Source: Clostridia bacterium
GTDB lineage: Bacteria; Bacillota; Clostridia; UMGS1883; UMGS1540
DNA: 64,000 nt
Direction: 5' to 3'
Assembly (NCBI GenBank): GCA_045535515.1
Contig: JAZSLT010000010.1
Coordinates: forward strand, 1,916 to 65,915
Below are positions 41,329-49,986 of the stretch, piece after piece. The first letter of the stretch is position 1. Every line of letters begins with the position of its first letter. The notes under the pieces are model-generated. The model was not told the DNA's origin. It saw only the letters and a program-made list of their open reading frames with translations, and did not search any database. The translations under genes were made by a program, and so were the position numbers.

Positions 41329-42723
41329 CTAAAACTGAAAGAAATTCTTAGCGTTTTGGTAACTGATGCCGGTTACGATTTCGCCGAGCGCCTCAAAGTC
41401 CGCCGGATACTCGCCGTTTTCTACCCAGCCGCCGATAAGGTTACACATAATGCGGCGGAAATATTCATGCCGCGGGTAGGACATAAAGCTGCGCGAGTCC
41501 GTCAGCATACCGACAAAGCGGCCGAGAAGGCCTAAATTCGCGAGCGAGCGCATCTGCTCCACCATACCGTCGCGCTGGTCATTGAACCACCAGCCGGAGC
41601 CGAACTGAATTTTCGACGGCGCCTCGGTGTCCTGGAAATTGCCGAGCATCGTGGCCAGCACATAGTTATCCTTCGGATTTAAGGTGTACAAAATCGTTTT
41701 CGGCAGCATATCCTGCTCGTTGCACGCATCAAGAAGTGCCGCGAGAGGGGCGGCGATGCACTTATCGTCAATCGAGTCAAAGCCGGTGTCGGGACCGAGC
41801 TTTTTGTACATGCGGCTGTTGTTGTTGCGAAGGGCGCCGATGTGCAGCTGCATCGTCCAGCCGCGTTTTTTGTACTCGGCGGCGAAGAACAGGAGCATAT
41901 ATGTCTTGTACGCGTTGATTTCGTCCTCCGTCAGGGCTTCGCCACCGAGCGCCTTTTTGAAGGCGGCGTTGGCCTCTGCCTTGTCGGTCTTTTTAAAGGG
42001 AACGCCGGCGAGCGCATGGTCGGAAAGGCGGCAGCCTACCTTGTGGAAGAAATCAATTCTGTCCGCAAGAGAAGAGAGGAGCGCGTCAATATCCGTGAAG
42101 GTGGTACCGGTGAGCGCGGCAAGGTCCTTCATGTAGGGCACAAAGGTTTCCAGCTCACAGTTTACCGCCTTGTCGGGCCGGAAGGTGGGCAGAACGCGCA
42201 CGCGGTTTTGCTTTTGCAGCGCAATGTGGTATTCCAGCGTGTCAAGCGGGTCATCGGTCGTGCAGAGAAGCTCCACATTTGACTTTTCAATCAGGCGCAT
42301 GGCCGAAAAATCGTCCGATGCAATCATTTTGTTCGCCTTTTCGTAAATGGCCTTTGCCGATTTTTCATTCAGGATATCGTCAATCCCGAAAAAGCGCTGG
42401 AGCTCCAGATGCGTCCAATGAAAAAGCGGGTTGCCAATGGCATATTTCAGGGTTTTGGCAAACGCCTCAAACTTCTCAAAGTCCGGCTTATCCCCTGTCA
42501 TGTAGTCCTCAGAAATGCCGTTTGAACGCATGGCGCGCCACTTGTAATGGTCGCCACCCAGCATAATTTCCGTAATGTTTTTAAAGCGTCTGTCCTCACA
42601 AATCTCCTTCGGATTTAAGTGACAATGGTAGTCGATAATCGGCATTTTGGCCGCATAATCGTGGTACAGCTTTTGCGCTGTCTTCGTTTCCAGCATAAAA
42701 TTCTTGTCCATAAATGCTTTCAT
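41329..42723 (-). CDS. uxaC: glucuronate isomerase
   Basis: 464 aa with a characteristic N-terminus (LYHDYAAKMPIIDYHCHL). Confidence 0.85.
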   Translation of the reverse strand: MKAFMDKNFMLETKTAQKLYHDYAAKMPIIDYHCHLNPKEICEDRRFKNITEIMLGGDHYKWRAMRSNGISEDYMTGDKPDFEKFEAFAKTLKYAIGNPLFHWTHLELQRFFGIDDILNEKSAKAIYEKANKMIASDDFSAMRLIEKSNVELLCTTDDPLDTLEYHIALQKQNRVRVLPTFRPDKAVNCELETFVPYMKDLAALTGTTFTDIDALLSSLADRIDFFHKVGCRLSDHALAGVPFKKTDKAEANAAFKKALGGEALTEDEINAYKTYMLLFFAAEYKKRGWTMQLHIGALRNNNSRMYKKLGPDTGFDSIDDKCIAAPLAALLDACNEQDMLPKTILYTLNPKDNYVLATMLGNFQDTEAPSKIQFGSGWWFNDQRDGMVEQMRSLANLGLLGRFVGMLTDSRSFMSYPRHEYFRRIMCNLIGGWVENGEYPADFEALGEIVTGISYQNAKNFFQF

Positions 42724-42754
42724 GTCTTTTCCTCCTCGTTTTTATTTCCGCGCG

Positions 42755-44131
42755 CTACCCTTCTACCTTCGGCAGAGAGGAGAGCGCCTTTTTAATTTCT
42801 TCGTCGGTGGGAATGAAGTCCGACATTTCGCCGTCGTTAAACTTCCCGTAGGCCACCATATCGAAATAGCCCGTTCCCGTAAGACCGAACACAATCGTTT
42901 TTTCCTCGCCCGTTTCCTTGCAGCGGAGCGCCTCGTCAATCGCCACGCGAATCGCATGGCTGCTCTCCGGCGCCGGCAAAATGCCTTCCACCCTGGCAAA
43001 CTGCTGTGCCGCCTCAAAAACATCCGTCTGGCAGACCGAGGTGGCTTCCATCAGCCCGTCCGCATACAGCTGGGAAAGCGTGCTGTTCATGCCGTGATAG
43101 CGAAGACCGCCCGAATGGCTGGACGACGGGATAAAACCGCTGCCTAAGGTATACATTTTAGAGAGCGGACAAACCATGCCCGTATCGCAATAATCATACG
43201 CATAGGTGCCGCGCGTAAGCGTCGGGCAGGAGGCAGGCTCTACGGCAATAATGCGATAATCCGCCTCGCCGCGCAGCATTTCGCCCACAAACGGGGAAAT
43301 TAAGCCGCCGAGATTGGAGCCGCCGCCGGCACAGCCGATGATAACATCCGGCTTTATGCCGTATTTGTCAAGCGCCGCCTTCGTTTCCAGACCAATGACC
43401 GACTGGTGGAGCATAACCTGATTTAACACGCTGCCGAGCACATAGCGGTACCCTTCTTTTTTGGAAGCCGCCTCTACCGCCTCGCTGATGGCACAGCCGA
43501 GGCTACCCGTGGTGCCGGGGTGCGCCGCTAAAATCCGCTTGCCCACTTCCGTTTCCATAGAGGGCGAGGGGGTGACGGATGCGCCGTAGGTCCGCATAAC
43601 CTCGCGGCGGAACGGCTTTTGCTCGTAGGAAACCTTTACCATATATACCTTGCAGTCAAGGCCAAAGTACGCACACGCCATCGAAAGCGCCGTGCCCCAT
43701 TGGCCGGCCCCCGTTTCGGTGGTTACGCCGCGAAGCCCCTGCTGTTTGGCATAATAGGCCTGCGCGATGGCGGAGTTGAGCTTATGACTGCCGCTTGTGT
43801 TGTTGCCCTCAAACTTATAATAGATTTTGGCGGGCGTTTCCAGCTTTTTTTCGAGACAATACGCACGCACGAGGGGTGAGGGGCGATACATTTTGTAAAA
43901 ATCGCGGATTTCCTCGGGAATTTCAAAATACGCGGTGGTATCGTCCAGCTCCTGGGCGATAAGCTCGTCGCAAAAGGTGGAGGAAAGGTCCGCCCCCGTC
44001 ATCACCTGATGCGTTTCGGGGTGGAGAAGCGGTGCCGGCTTGTTTTTCATATCGGCGCGGACATTGTACCACGCGCGCGGCATCTCCTTCTCCTCGAGAT
44101 AAATTTTATAAGGGATTTTTTCGTTTGCCAT
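42755..44131 (-). CDS. TrpB-like pyridoxal-phosphate-dependent enzyme (tryptophan synthase beta-like, TrpB2 type)
   Basis: The PLP lysine motif (SGSHKLN) and the TrpB-like fold. Start moved to MANEKIPYK (44131) with a GGAGAA RBS. Confidence 0.7.
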   Translation of the reverse strand: MANEKIPYKIYLEEKEMPRAWYNVRADMKNKPAPLLHPETHQVMTGADLSSTFCDELIAQELDDTTAYFEIPEEIRDFYKMYRPSPLVRAYCLEKKLETPAKIYYKFEGNNTSGSHKLNSAIAQAYYAKQQGLRGVTTETGAGQWGTALSMACAYFGLDCKVYMVKVSYEQKPFRREVMRTYGASVTPSPSMETEVGKRILAAHPGTTGSLGCAISEAVEAASKKEGYRYVLGSVLNQVMLHQSVIGLETKAALDKYGIKPDVIIGCAGGGSNLGGLISPFVGEMLRGEADYRIIAVEPASCPTLTRGTYAYDYCDTGMVCPLSKMYTLGSGFIPSSSHSGGLRYHGMNSTLSQLYADGLMEATSVCQTDVFEAAQQFARVEGILPAPESSHAIRVAIDEALRCKETGEEKTIVFGLTGTGYFDMVAYGKFNDGEMSDFIPTDEEIKKALSSLPKVEG

Positions 44132-44158
44132 AAGGGTTCTCCTTTCTTTGGCGGGACA

Positions 44159-44442
44159 AAAACAAAAACTCCTGTCCCACGCCATTTTGCTGGGACAGGA
44201 GAATAAAATCCTGCGGTGCCACCCGGCTTGGCGCTTTTGCGCCCACTCTACGCATACTACCATATGCCGGCCTTTTGTAACGGAGAGCCAAACTCCGGCG
44301 CCCATACTCCAAAACTGTTTCTGTTTGCCCTCGAAGGTCCATTCGGCTTTATGTTTTTCACCGCAATCCCACCGCCTGCGGCTCTCTTTTGAAAAAGGGA
44401 TAAAGCGTACTTACTCCTTCTCAACGGTTTACCTAAGTATAA
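44159..44442 (-). promoter_or_regulatory. T-box riboswitch leader (probable tRNA-Trp specifier) with an intrinsic terminator, controlling the TrpB-like gene
   Basis: Minus-strand promoter TTGACA-17-TATACT (44465 to 44437). T-box sequence GGGTGGCACCGCAGG (44225-44211). Terminator ctcctgtccca..tgggacaggag + U-run (44202-44159), which shares bases with an alternative antiterminator. A candidate UGG specifier sits at 44342-44340. Confidence 0.6.
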
Positions 44443-44480
44443 CACCCCTCTATCGTTTTGTCAAGTATTTTACCAAAATT

Positions 44481-45800
44481 TTATCCGAAGGTCGGCCGTC
44501 CTTTGCGGATATTGTACGCCGCGCCGAGAAACGCCCAGTTCTGGCGGAAGGGACGCATAATCGTCCAGTAGCCGCTGCCGAGGAGGTTAAATTCGTCAAT
44601 AAGGTCATATTTCGCACTTATACTGCGGATATCCTCAAACCAGACGATGTGCGCTCTTCCCCGCTCGTCGCGATAGCGGAAGAAGGGCGATTGGGAAGGC
44701 GCATCAAACTGGATTTCCGCGCCATACTGCGCCGCCAGCCGGACGGCCTGCTGGTTCCCGATATTCGTCGCGCGGTCACCCTTTTCATAAGGAAGCGTCC
44801 AGTCATAGCCGTAATTCGGAATGCCCATGAGAATTTTACCTGGCGGAATTTCCGTTACCGCATATTCCACCACCTCGCGAACGCGGTTAAGTGGCGCTAC
44901 GGCCAGCGGCGGCCCGTAGGAATAGCCCCACTCGTAGGTCATGAGAAGCACCGTGTCCACAATCGCGCCAATCGCGCCGTAGTCGTGCGCCTCGTAAAGA
45001 AGGCCCGGCTGGTCGGCGTATGTTTTGGGCGCAAGGTCAACATGGGTGGGATAGCCGGCCGCGTGCAGCTGCGCCGTTGCATTTTCGAGGAAGCGGATAA
45101 AGCCTTCGCTGTCCTCGGGGGAAATGTACTCAAAGTCGATGTCAAGCCCCTGATACCCTTTTCGCTGCATCGTTTCGATAATGGCGGCGAGCACTTTGTT
45201 TTGCAAGGCTTCATTCCGAAAAAGAAGGGACGCGCGCTCGCCGCTGAAGTTGCCGTCCTCGGTAATGGAGGAAAGGAGCATGTAGGGCGCTACATTTTCG
45301 GAAAGCGCCGCCTCGATAAGCGGGAGGTCGTTTAGGGTGATGAGCGTACCCTCCGCCGTAAAGCCGTAGCCGAACACCGTAAGGCGCGAAAGATACGGAA
45401 GCGTCGTGCGGAGCGTCGGGCGGTTTATGTTCGGGTAGGCGTAGCCGGAGACGGTGAGCGTGCGCCTCTTATCCATCCGAAAGGAAATGGTGAGCTGCTG
45501 CCCCGGAAGGAGGGTGGGGTTTAAAATCAGCTCGGGATTATTGCGGCGTATTTCGCCCGTGGTGGTGCCAAAGGCGCGCGCGATGGAGAAGAGCGAATCT
45601 CCCGGCCGCACCGTGTACACCTCGTCGGGGAAAAGAATGAGAAGCGCCTGCCCCACGACAAGCGTGTCAGAGGCGGCAAGACCGTTGTCCGACAAAATGC
45701 GCTGATACGAAACGCCGTACCGGCGGGCGATGCTGCGCACCGTATCGCCGCGGCGAACGACATAAATTTCCAAAACAAACACCTGCCTTTTTGTTTTCAT
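44481..45800 (-). CDS. LysM-domain glycoside hydrolase family 18 protein (YaaH/SleL-like peptidoglycan hydrolase)
   Basis: Two LysM repeats (VRRGDTVRSIARRYGVS; TVRPGDSLFSIARAFG) followed by a GH18 chitinase-like TIM barrel. Confidence 0.65.
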   Translation of the reverse strand: MKTKRQVFVLEIYVVRRGDTVRSIARRYGVSYQRILSDNGLAASDTLVVGQALLILFPDEVYTVRPGDSLFSIARAFGTTTGEIRRNNPELILNPTLLPGQQLTISFRMDKRRTLTVSGYAYPNINRPTLRTTLPYLSRLTVFGYGFTAEGTLITLNDLPLIEAALSENVAPYMLLSSITEDGNFSGERASLLFRNEALQNKVLAAIIETMQRKGYQGLDIDFEYISPEDSEGFIRFLENATAQLHAAGYPTHVDLAPKTYADQPGLLYEAHDYGAIGAIVDTVLLMTYEWGYSYGPPLAVAPLNRVREVVEYAVTEIPPGKILMGIPNYGYDWTLPYEKGDRATNIGNQQAVRLAAQYGAEIQFDAPSQSPFFRYRDERGRAHIVWFEDIRSISAKYDLIDEFNLLGSGYWTIMRPFRQNWAFLGAAYNIRKGRPTFG

Positions 45801-45836
45801 TGTATGCGCGGAGAGGAGGGGGTGTGCAGGAAAGGA

Positions 45837-45865
45837 TTGCATTTTTTTAAGGGGTGTGGTATAAT
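45837..45865 (+). promoter_or_regulatory. promoter (TTGCAT, 17 bp, TGgTATAAT) driving the family-A array leader and the DUF1624 gene
   Basis: -35 at 45837-45842 and extended -10 TATAAT at 45860-45865. The predicted transcription start is about 25 nt before the first CGATAT box. Confidence 0.5.
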
Positions 45866-45889
45866 GAATTTAATTGCAAAGCAATTAAA

Positions 45890-46190
45890 TTCAGCGATAT
45901 AAATTCCTGACGGAATTTGCGATATGTACTTCGTACGCGATATATCTTCGATGCGATATGTCCCTTCGGGACGAGAAATAGGAATTTATATCATATCGCA
46001 ACGGAATGAAATGGAGTTATATCGCATTTGAACAGAGTGAAAATATATCGCACGAACGAAGTGAGTATATCGCCAAAAGTCGGCATCTAAATTGTGCACG
46101 AATTCAGCGATATAAATTCCTGACGGAATTTGCGATATGTACTTCGTACGCGATATATCTTCGATGCGATATGTCCCTTCGGGACGGAAA
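45890..46190 (+). repeat. CGATAT box/hairpin array (family A, locus 4): unit, inverted boxes, unit
   Basis: A near-perfect 88-bp direct repeat (45890-45975 and 46098-46186). Each copy has four GCGATAT boxes separated by aattcc/ggaatt, gtac/gtac and gtccc/gggac hairpins. The central 45976-46097 carries four inverted boxes (ATATCGC). The array ends in CGATATGTCCC-TTC-GGGACGG + RBS + ATG at 46203. Confidence 0.7.
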
Positions 46191-46202
46191 AAGGAGAAGA
46201 AA

Positions 46203-46940
46203 ATGGGAAAAGAGCGCATTTTTTGGATAGATGAATGGCGGGGCGTAGCCCTCCTTGCCATGATACTACATCATATTGCGTTTAACCTGACGGATTTTCT
46301 GGCGCTGCCGTTGCCGCTTGTCCGGGCGGTGCTTTCGAGCCGCGCATTTGACGCGGTGCAGACGGTGTTTATTGCTATTTTCTTTTGCATATCCGGCATT
46401 TGCTGCCGTTTCTCCAAAAGGCCTTATCTTCGCGCGGGGCGCGTCCTTCTCGGGGCCGCGGCCGTGACGGCGGTGACATGGGCGCTTTTTCCGGACGAGG
46501 CGATATGGTTTGGTGTTTTGCATTGTCTTGGTGCGTGCATGCTTTTGTATGCGGTTTTCGGGCGGTGGCTCCGGAAAATACCGCCGCTTTTGGGAATTGC
46601 CGGAGCTATTCTTCTTTTTGTTATTACCTGCCGCGTGCCAGACGGATTTTTGCTTTTTCTCCCCTTGCCGGCCGGTTGGTATTGCGGCGGTCTTCTTACG
46701 ATTTTCGGCTTTTCCGCGCCGCTTTTTACCTCGCTCGACTATGTGCCGCTTCTGCCGCACCTGTTTCTGTTTTTGATAGGCGTGTTTATCGGCCGTCTGC
46801 CGCTGAAAAATAGTCGGCAGCACAGCCGTTTTCTGGCGTTTTTGGGGCGGCACAGCCTTTCGGTCTATCTTTTGCATCAGCCGCTTTTGTTCGGGGTGTT
46901 TTTGTGTTTCGAAAAAATCCTAGGAGGGATGAAACTATGA
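46203..46940 (+). CDS. DUF1624 / acyltransferase-3-like membrane protein
   Basis: Polytopic membrane protein with the N-terminal WIDEWRGVALLAMILHH motif typical of DUF1624. Confidence 0.55.
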   Translation: MGKERIFWIDEWRGVALLAMILHHIAFNLTDFLALPLPLVRAVLSSRAFDAVQTVFIAIFFCISGICCRFSKRPYLRAGRVLLGAAAVTAVTWALFPDEAIWFGVLHCLGACMLLYAVFGRWLRKIPPLLGIAGAILLFVITCRVPDGFLLFLPLPAGWYCGGLLTIFGFSAPLFTSLDYVPLLPHLFLFLIGVFIGRLPLKNSRQHSRFLAFLGRHSLSVYLLHQPLLFGVFLCFEKILGGMKL

Positions 46941-47713
46941 ATTGGTACCGCATAAAAACCGTTTTAATTTTTCTCTTTTTAGCGATTAATATTTTTCTGC
47001 TGGCGCTTCTTGGGGCCGAGGCCCTTTCTGCAAGGAAAGCGGCGAAGGAAAAGGGAGAGGCGGCCGGCGCGGCGCTTTCTGAAAACGGCATTACGGTCAC
47101 GGCACCCATACCGCACAAAACGCCGCGGCTCGGGGCGCTGACAATCGAAAACCTAAACGCGGCGCCCGAGGCACTGGCAGAACGCATTTTAGGCGGGAAG
47201 GCCGTGCGGGCCGGCGATGCTTTTCTGCGGGAGGGACAAACGGTTTCCCTTATGGAAAAGGGCTTTCGGTATGCAAGCGGAAAAGAGGCGGTGACGCCGA
47301 CAAAAAAAGATGTTTCCCGCCTTCGGGAGGCGCTTTCCGGCATGGGCTTTTCCATGGAATACGCAAAAGGGCATCGCGAGGGGGAGGCCGTTTTGTTTGT
47401 GCAGATGGTGGACGGGGTACAGCTTTTTGAAAGTGCGCTTTTTGTATATCCGGCCGCGGACGGCACCATCGCGCGCATGGAGGGCGATTGGGCCAATATT
47501 ACGAAAAGGGATTACGAGCGGGGCACCATAAAGCCGGCGGCCGATGCGCTTTTAGATTTTCTCCGGTCGGGCGGGAAGGGGGAAATCACCGCCATTACAA
47601 GCGGCTATGCGGTGCTTCGTGCAGAAAGCGGCTACCGCACCGCCGATGCTATCCCCGTCTGGGAGATAAAAACAGCGGCCGGTACGGTGTTTTATGCGGA
47701 CGCACGACAATAA
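46937..47713 (+). CDS. membrane-anchored hypothetical protein (YycH/YycI-like topology)
   Basis: N-terminal TM helix then a ~230-aa extracytoplasmic domain. ATGA overlap with the upstream gene. Confidence 0.35.
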   Translation: MNWYRIKTVLIFLFLAINIFLLALLGAEALSARKAAKEKGEAAGAALSENGITVTAPIPHKTPRLGALTIENLNAAPEALAERILGGKAVRAGDAFLREGQTVSLMEKGFRYASGKEAVTPTKKDVSRLREALSGMGFSMEYAKGHREGEAVLFVQMVDGVQLFESALFVYPAADGTIARMEGDWANITKRDYERGTIKPAADALLDFLRSGGKGEITAITSGYAVLRAESGYRTADAIPVWEIKTAAGTVFYADARQ

Positions 47714-47852
47714 TTTGTGAAAATTGCACAATTTTTTTGAAAAAAGATTGTTTAAAGTAGGCATTTCGTAAATTCGTTTTTTATATTATAATAGAGGTAT
47801 CGGGATTATCATACTGTATTTTCCGAGCATTTATTATAGAGGAGGAACGGAT

Positions 47853-49928
47853 ATGAACAAGTATGCAGTAGAGAAAATCAGGAATGTTGTGCTTTTAGGC
47901 CACGGTGGGGCGGGAAAGACCTCTTTTGCCGAGGCAATGGCCTTTAATGCCGGCGCTGTAGACAGACTGGGCAAGATTAGTGACGGCACGACCATTTCCG
48001 ACTACGATGCCGAGGAGATAAAGCGCGCTATTTCAATTAACACTTCACTCGTGCCGTGCGAATGGAACGGCACGAAGATAAATGTAATAGATACACCCGG
48101 ATTTTTTGATTTTGTCGGCGAAGTGCACGAGGGGATTCGCGTAGCCGGGGCCGCGATTATCGTCGTTTCCGGCCGCAGCGGCGTTTCCGTCGGTGCGGAA
48201 AAGGCTTGGGAGTACGCGCACGAGGCGCACATTCCGGCGGCGTTCTTTGTCAATAAAATGGACGATGAAAATGCGAACTTTGACCGTACCATGCGCGAGC
48301 TGGACGCGACCTTCGGAAAATCGGTAGCGCCCTTCCAGGTTCCCATCCGTGAGGACGGCAAGTTTATCGGCTATGTGGATGTGGTGAAGATGATTCCCTA
48401 CCGCTTTGAGGGCCTCAAACGAATCCAGATGGACGCGATTCCCGAAAGCTGCACCGAAACGCTTACGCAGGCGCGCCACCTTCTGATGGAGGCGGTGGCC
48501 GAAACAAGCGAAGCGCTGATGGAAAAATATTTCGAGGGCGAGGAATTTACCATTGAGGAAATCCGCGCGGCGATTAAGGACGGCTTTAAGCAGGAGGCCA
48601 TTGTGCCGGTATTCTGCGGAAGTGCCACGACCAATATGGGCGTTATGAAGGTAATGGACGCGATTGCTGATTATTTCCCCACGCCGCTTACTTTAAATGA
48701 AGTGATTGCAAAGGATAAGGACGGTGCCGATGTGGTACTGCCGCCGAACCCCGACGGACCGCTGGCGGCGTTCGTATTTAAAACGATTGCCGACCAGTTT
48801 GTAGGTAAAATTTCGCTGTTCCGCGTATATTCCGGCACCTTAAAGGCCGACTCCACCGTACTGAATACGGCTACGGGTACGCAGGAGAAAATCGGAAAGC
48901 TTTACATCATGCGCGGCAAAAAGCAGATAGAGGTGGATTCTATCTGTGCAGGCGATATCGGCGCCGTTACCAAGCTTGCCGCCACACAGACGGGGCAGAC
49001 GCTTTCTTCGCCGTCCGCTCCCCTTACGCTCGCCGGCATTGCCTTCCCCGAGCCGAACCTTTCTCTGGCCATCTTGCCGAAGGCGAAGGGGGACGAGGAG
49101 AAAATCGGCAGCGGTCTGCATAAGCTCGAGGAGGAGGACCCCTGCTTTAAGGTATATAACAATACCGAAACGAGGCAGCAGGTCATCTCCGGTATAGGCG
49201 AGCAGCATCTCGATGTGATTATCAGCAAGCTGAAGGCGAAATTCGGCGTGGATGTGGATTTGACCGAGCCGAAGGTGCCGTACCGCGAAACGCTCCGCAA
49301 GAAGGTTAAGGTACAGGGGCGGCACAAAAAGCAGTCCGGCGGACATGGCCAGTTTGGTGATGTATGGATTGAATTTGAGCCGGGCGATACAGACGATTTG
49401 ATTTTTGAAACCAACATTTTCGGCGGCGCGGTACCGAAAAACTTTTTCCCGGCCGTAGAAAAGGGACTTCGCGAATGTATCCAGAAGGGCGTTTTAGCCG
49501 GCTATCCCGTTGTGGGCCTGAAGGCTACGCTGGTGGACGGCTCCTACCATCCGGTAGACTCTTCGGAAATGGCGTTTAAGGTAGCGGCCTCGCTGGCCTT
49601 TAAGGAAGGCTTAAAACAAGCAGGCCCTGTACTGCTGGAGCCGTTTGGTAAGCTCGTGGTTACCATTCCGGAAAGCTACATGGGCGATGTGGTAGGCGAT
49701 GCCAACAAGCGTCGCGGCCGCATTTTAGGTATGGAGCATATCGGCAAAGGCCTCGGTAGAGTGGAGGCTGAGGTGCCGATGAGCGAGATGCACAAGTACG
49801 CCACCGACCTTCGTTCCATGACGCAGGGACGCGGCAATTTCAGCTTTGCCTTTGAGCGGTACGAGGAAGCGCCGCAGAATGTGGCACAGGCTGTTATAGA
49901 CAAGGCAAAAGCAGACACAGAGGAGTAA
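47853..49928 (+). CDS. elongation factor G-family GTPase (EF-G paralog)
   Basis: G1 GHGGAGKTS, DTPG, NKMD and EF-G domains II-V. 691 aa. A second EF-G copy, away from the str operon. Confidence 0.8.
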   Translation: MNKYAVEKIRNVVLLGHGGAGKTSFAEAMAFNAGAVDRLGKISDGTTISDYDAEEIKRAISINTSLVPCEWNGTKINVIDTPGFFDFVGEVHEGIRVAGAAIIVVSGRSGVSVGAEKAWEYAHEAHIPAAFFVNKMDDENANFDRTMRELDATFGKSVAPFQVPIREDGKFIGYVDVVKMIPYRFEGLKRIQMDAIPESCTETLTQARHLLMEAVAETSEALMEKYFEGEEFTIEEIRAAIKDGFKQEAIVPVFCGSATTNMGVMKVMDAIADYFPTPLTLNEVIAKDKDGADVVLPPNPDGPLAAFVFKTIADQFVGKISLFRVYSGTLKADSTVLNTATGTQEKIGKLYIMRGKKQIEVDSICAGDIGAVTKLAATQTGQTLSSPSAPLTLAGIAFPEPNLSLAILPKAKGDEEKIGSGLHKLEEEDPCFKVYNNTETRQQVISGIGEQHLDVIISKLKAKFGVDVDLTEPKVPYRETLRKKVKVQGRHKKQSGGHGQFGDVWIEFEPGDTDDLIFETNIFGGAVPKNFFPAVEKGLRECIQKGVLAGYPVVGLKATLVDGSYHPVDSSEMAFKVAASLAFKEGLKQAGPVLLEPFGKLVVTIPESYMGDVVGDANKRRGRILGMEHIGKGLGRVEAEVPMSEMHKYATDLRSMTQGRGNFSFAFERYEEAPQNVAQAVIDKAKADTEE

Positions 49929-49936
49929 GAAAGATA

Positions 49937-49975
49937 AAAAAGGGATGAGAGCGATGCGCGTTCTCATCCCTTTTT
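49937..49975. terminator. bidirectional terminator (aaaagggatgagagcg-atgcg-cgttctcatccctttt) between convergent genes
   Basis: A 15-bp stem flanked by A-rich and T-rich runs. Confidence 0.6.
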
Positions 49976-49986
49976 CTGTCTTCGGT

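Noticed and set aside
41052-41329. Calling the 20-bp direct repeats a definitive target-site duplication of a mobile element
   Set aside because: 20 bp is unusually long for a TSD. E1 and E2 are each preceded by a related box without being flanked by duplicates, so the 20-mer may simply be the unit's 5' box. It is kept as a finding with both explanations.
47719-47735. TTGTGAAAATTGCACAA upstream of the EF-G paralog as a Rex/CRP-type operator
   Set aside because: It is only a 17-nt imperfect palindrome. It is one base short of the 18-bp Rex spacing and its right half is CACAA rather than TCACAA. It is noted only as a possibility inside finding 16.
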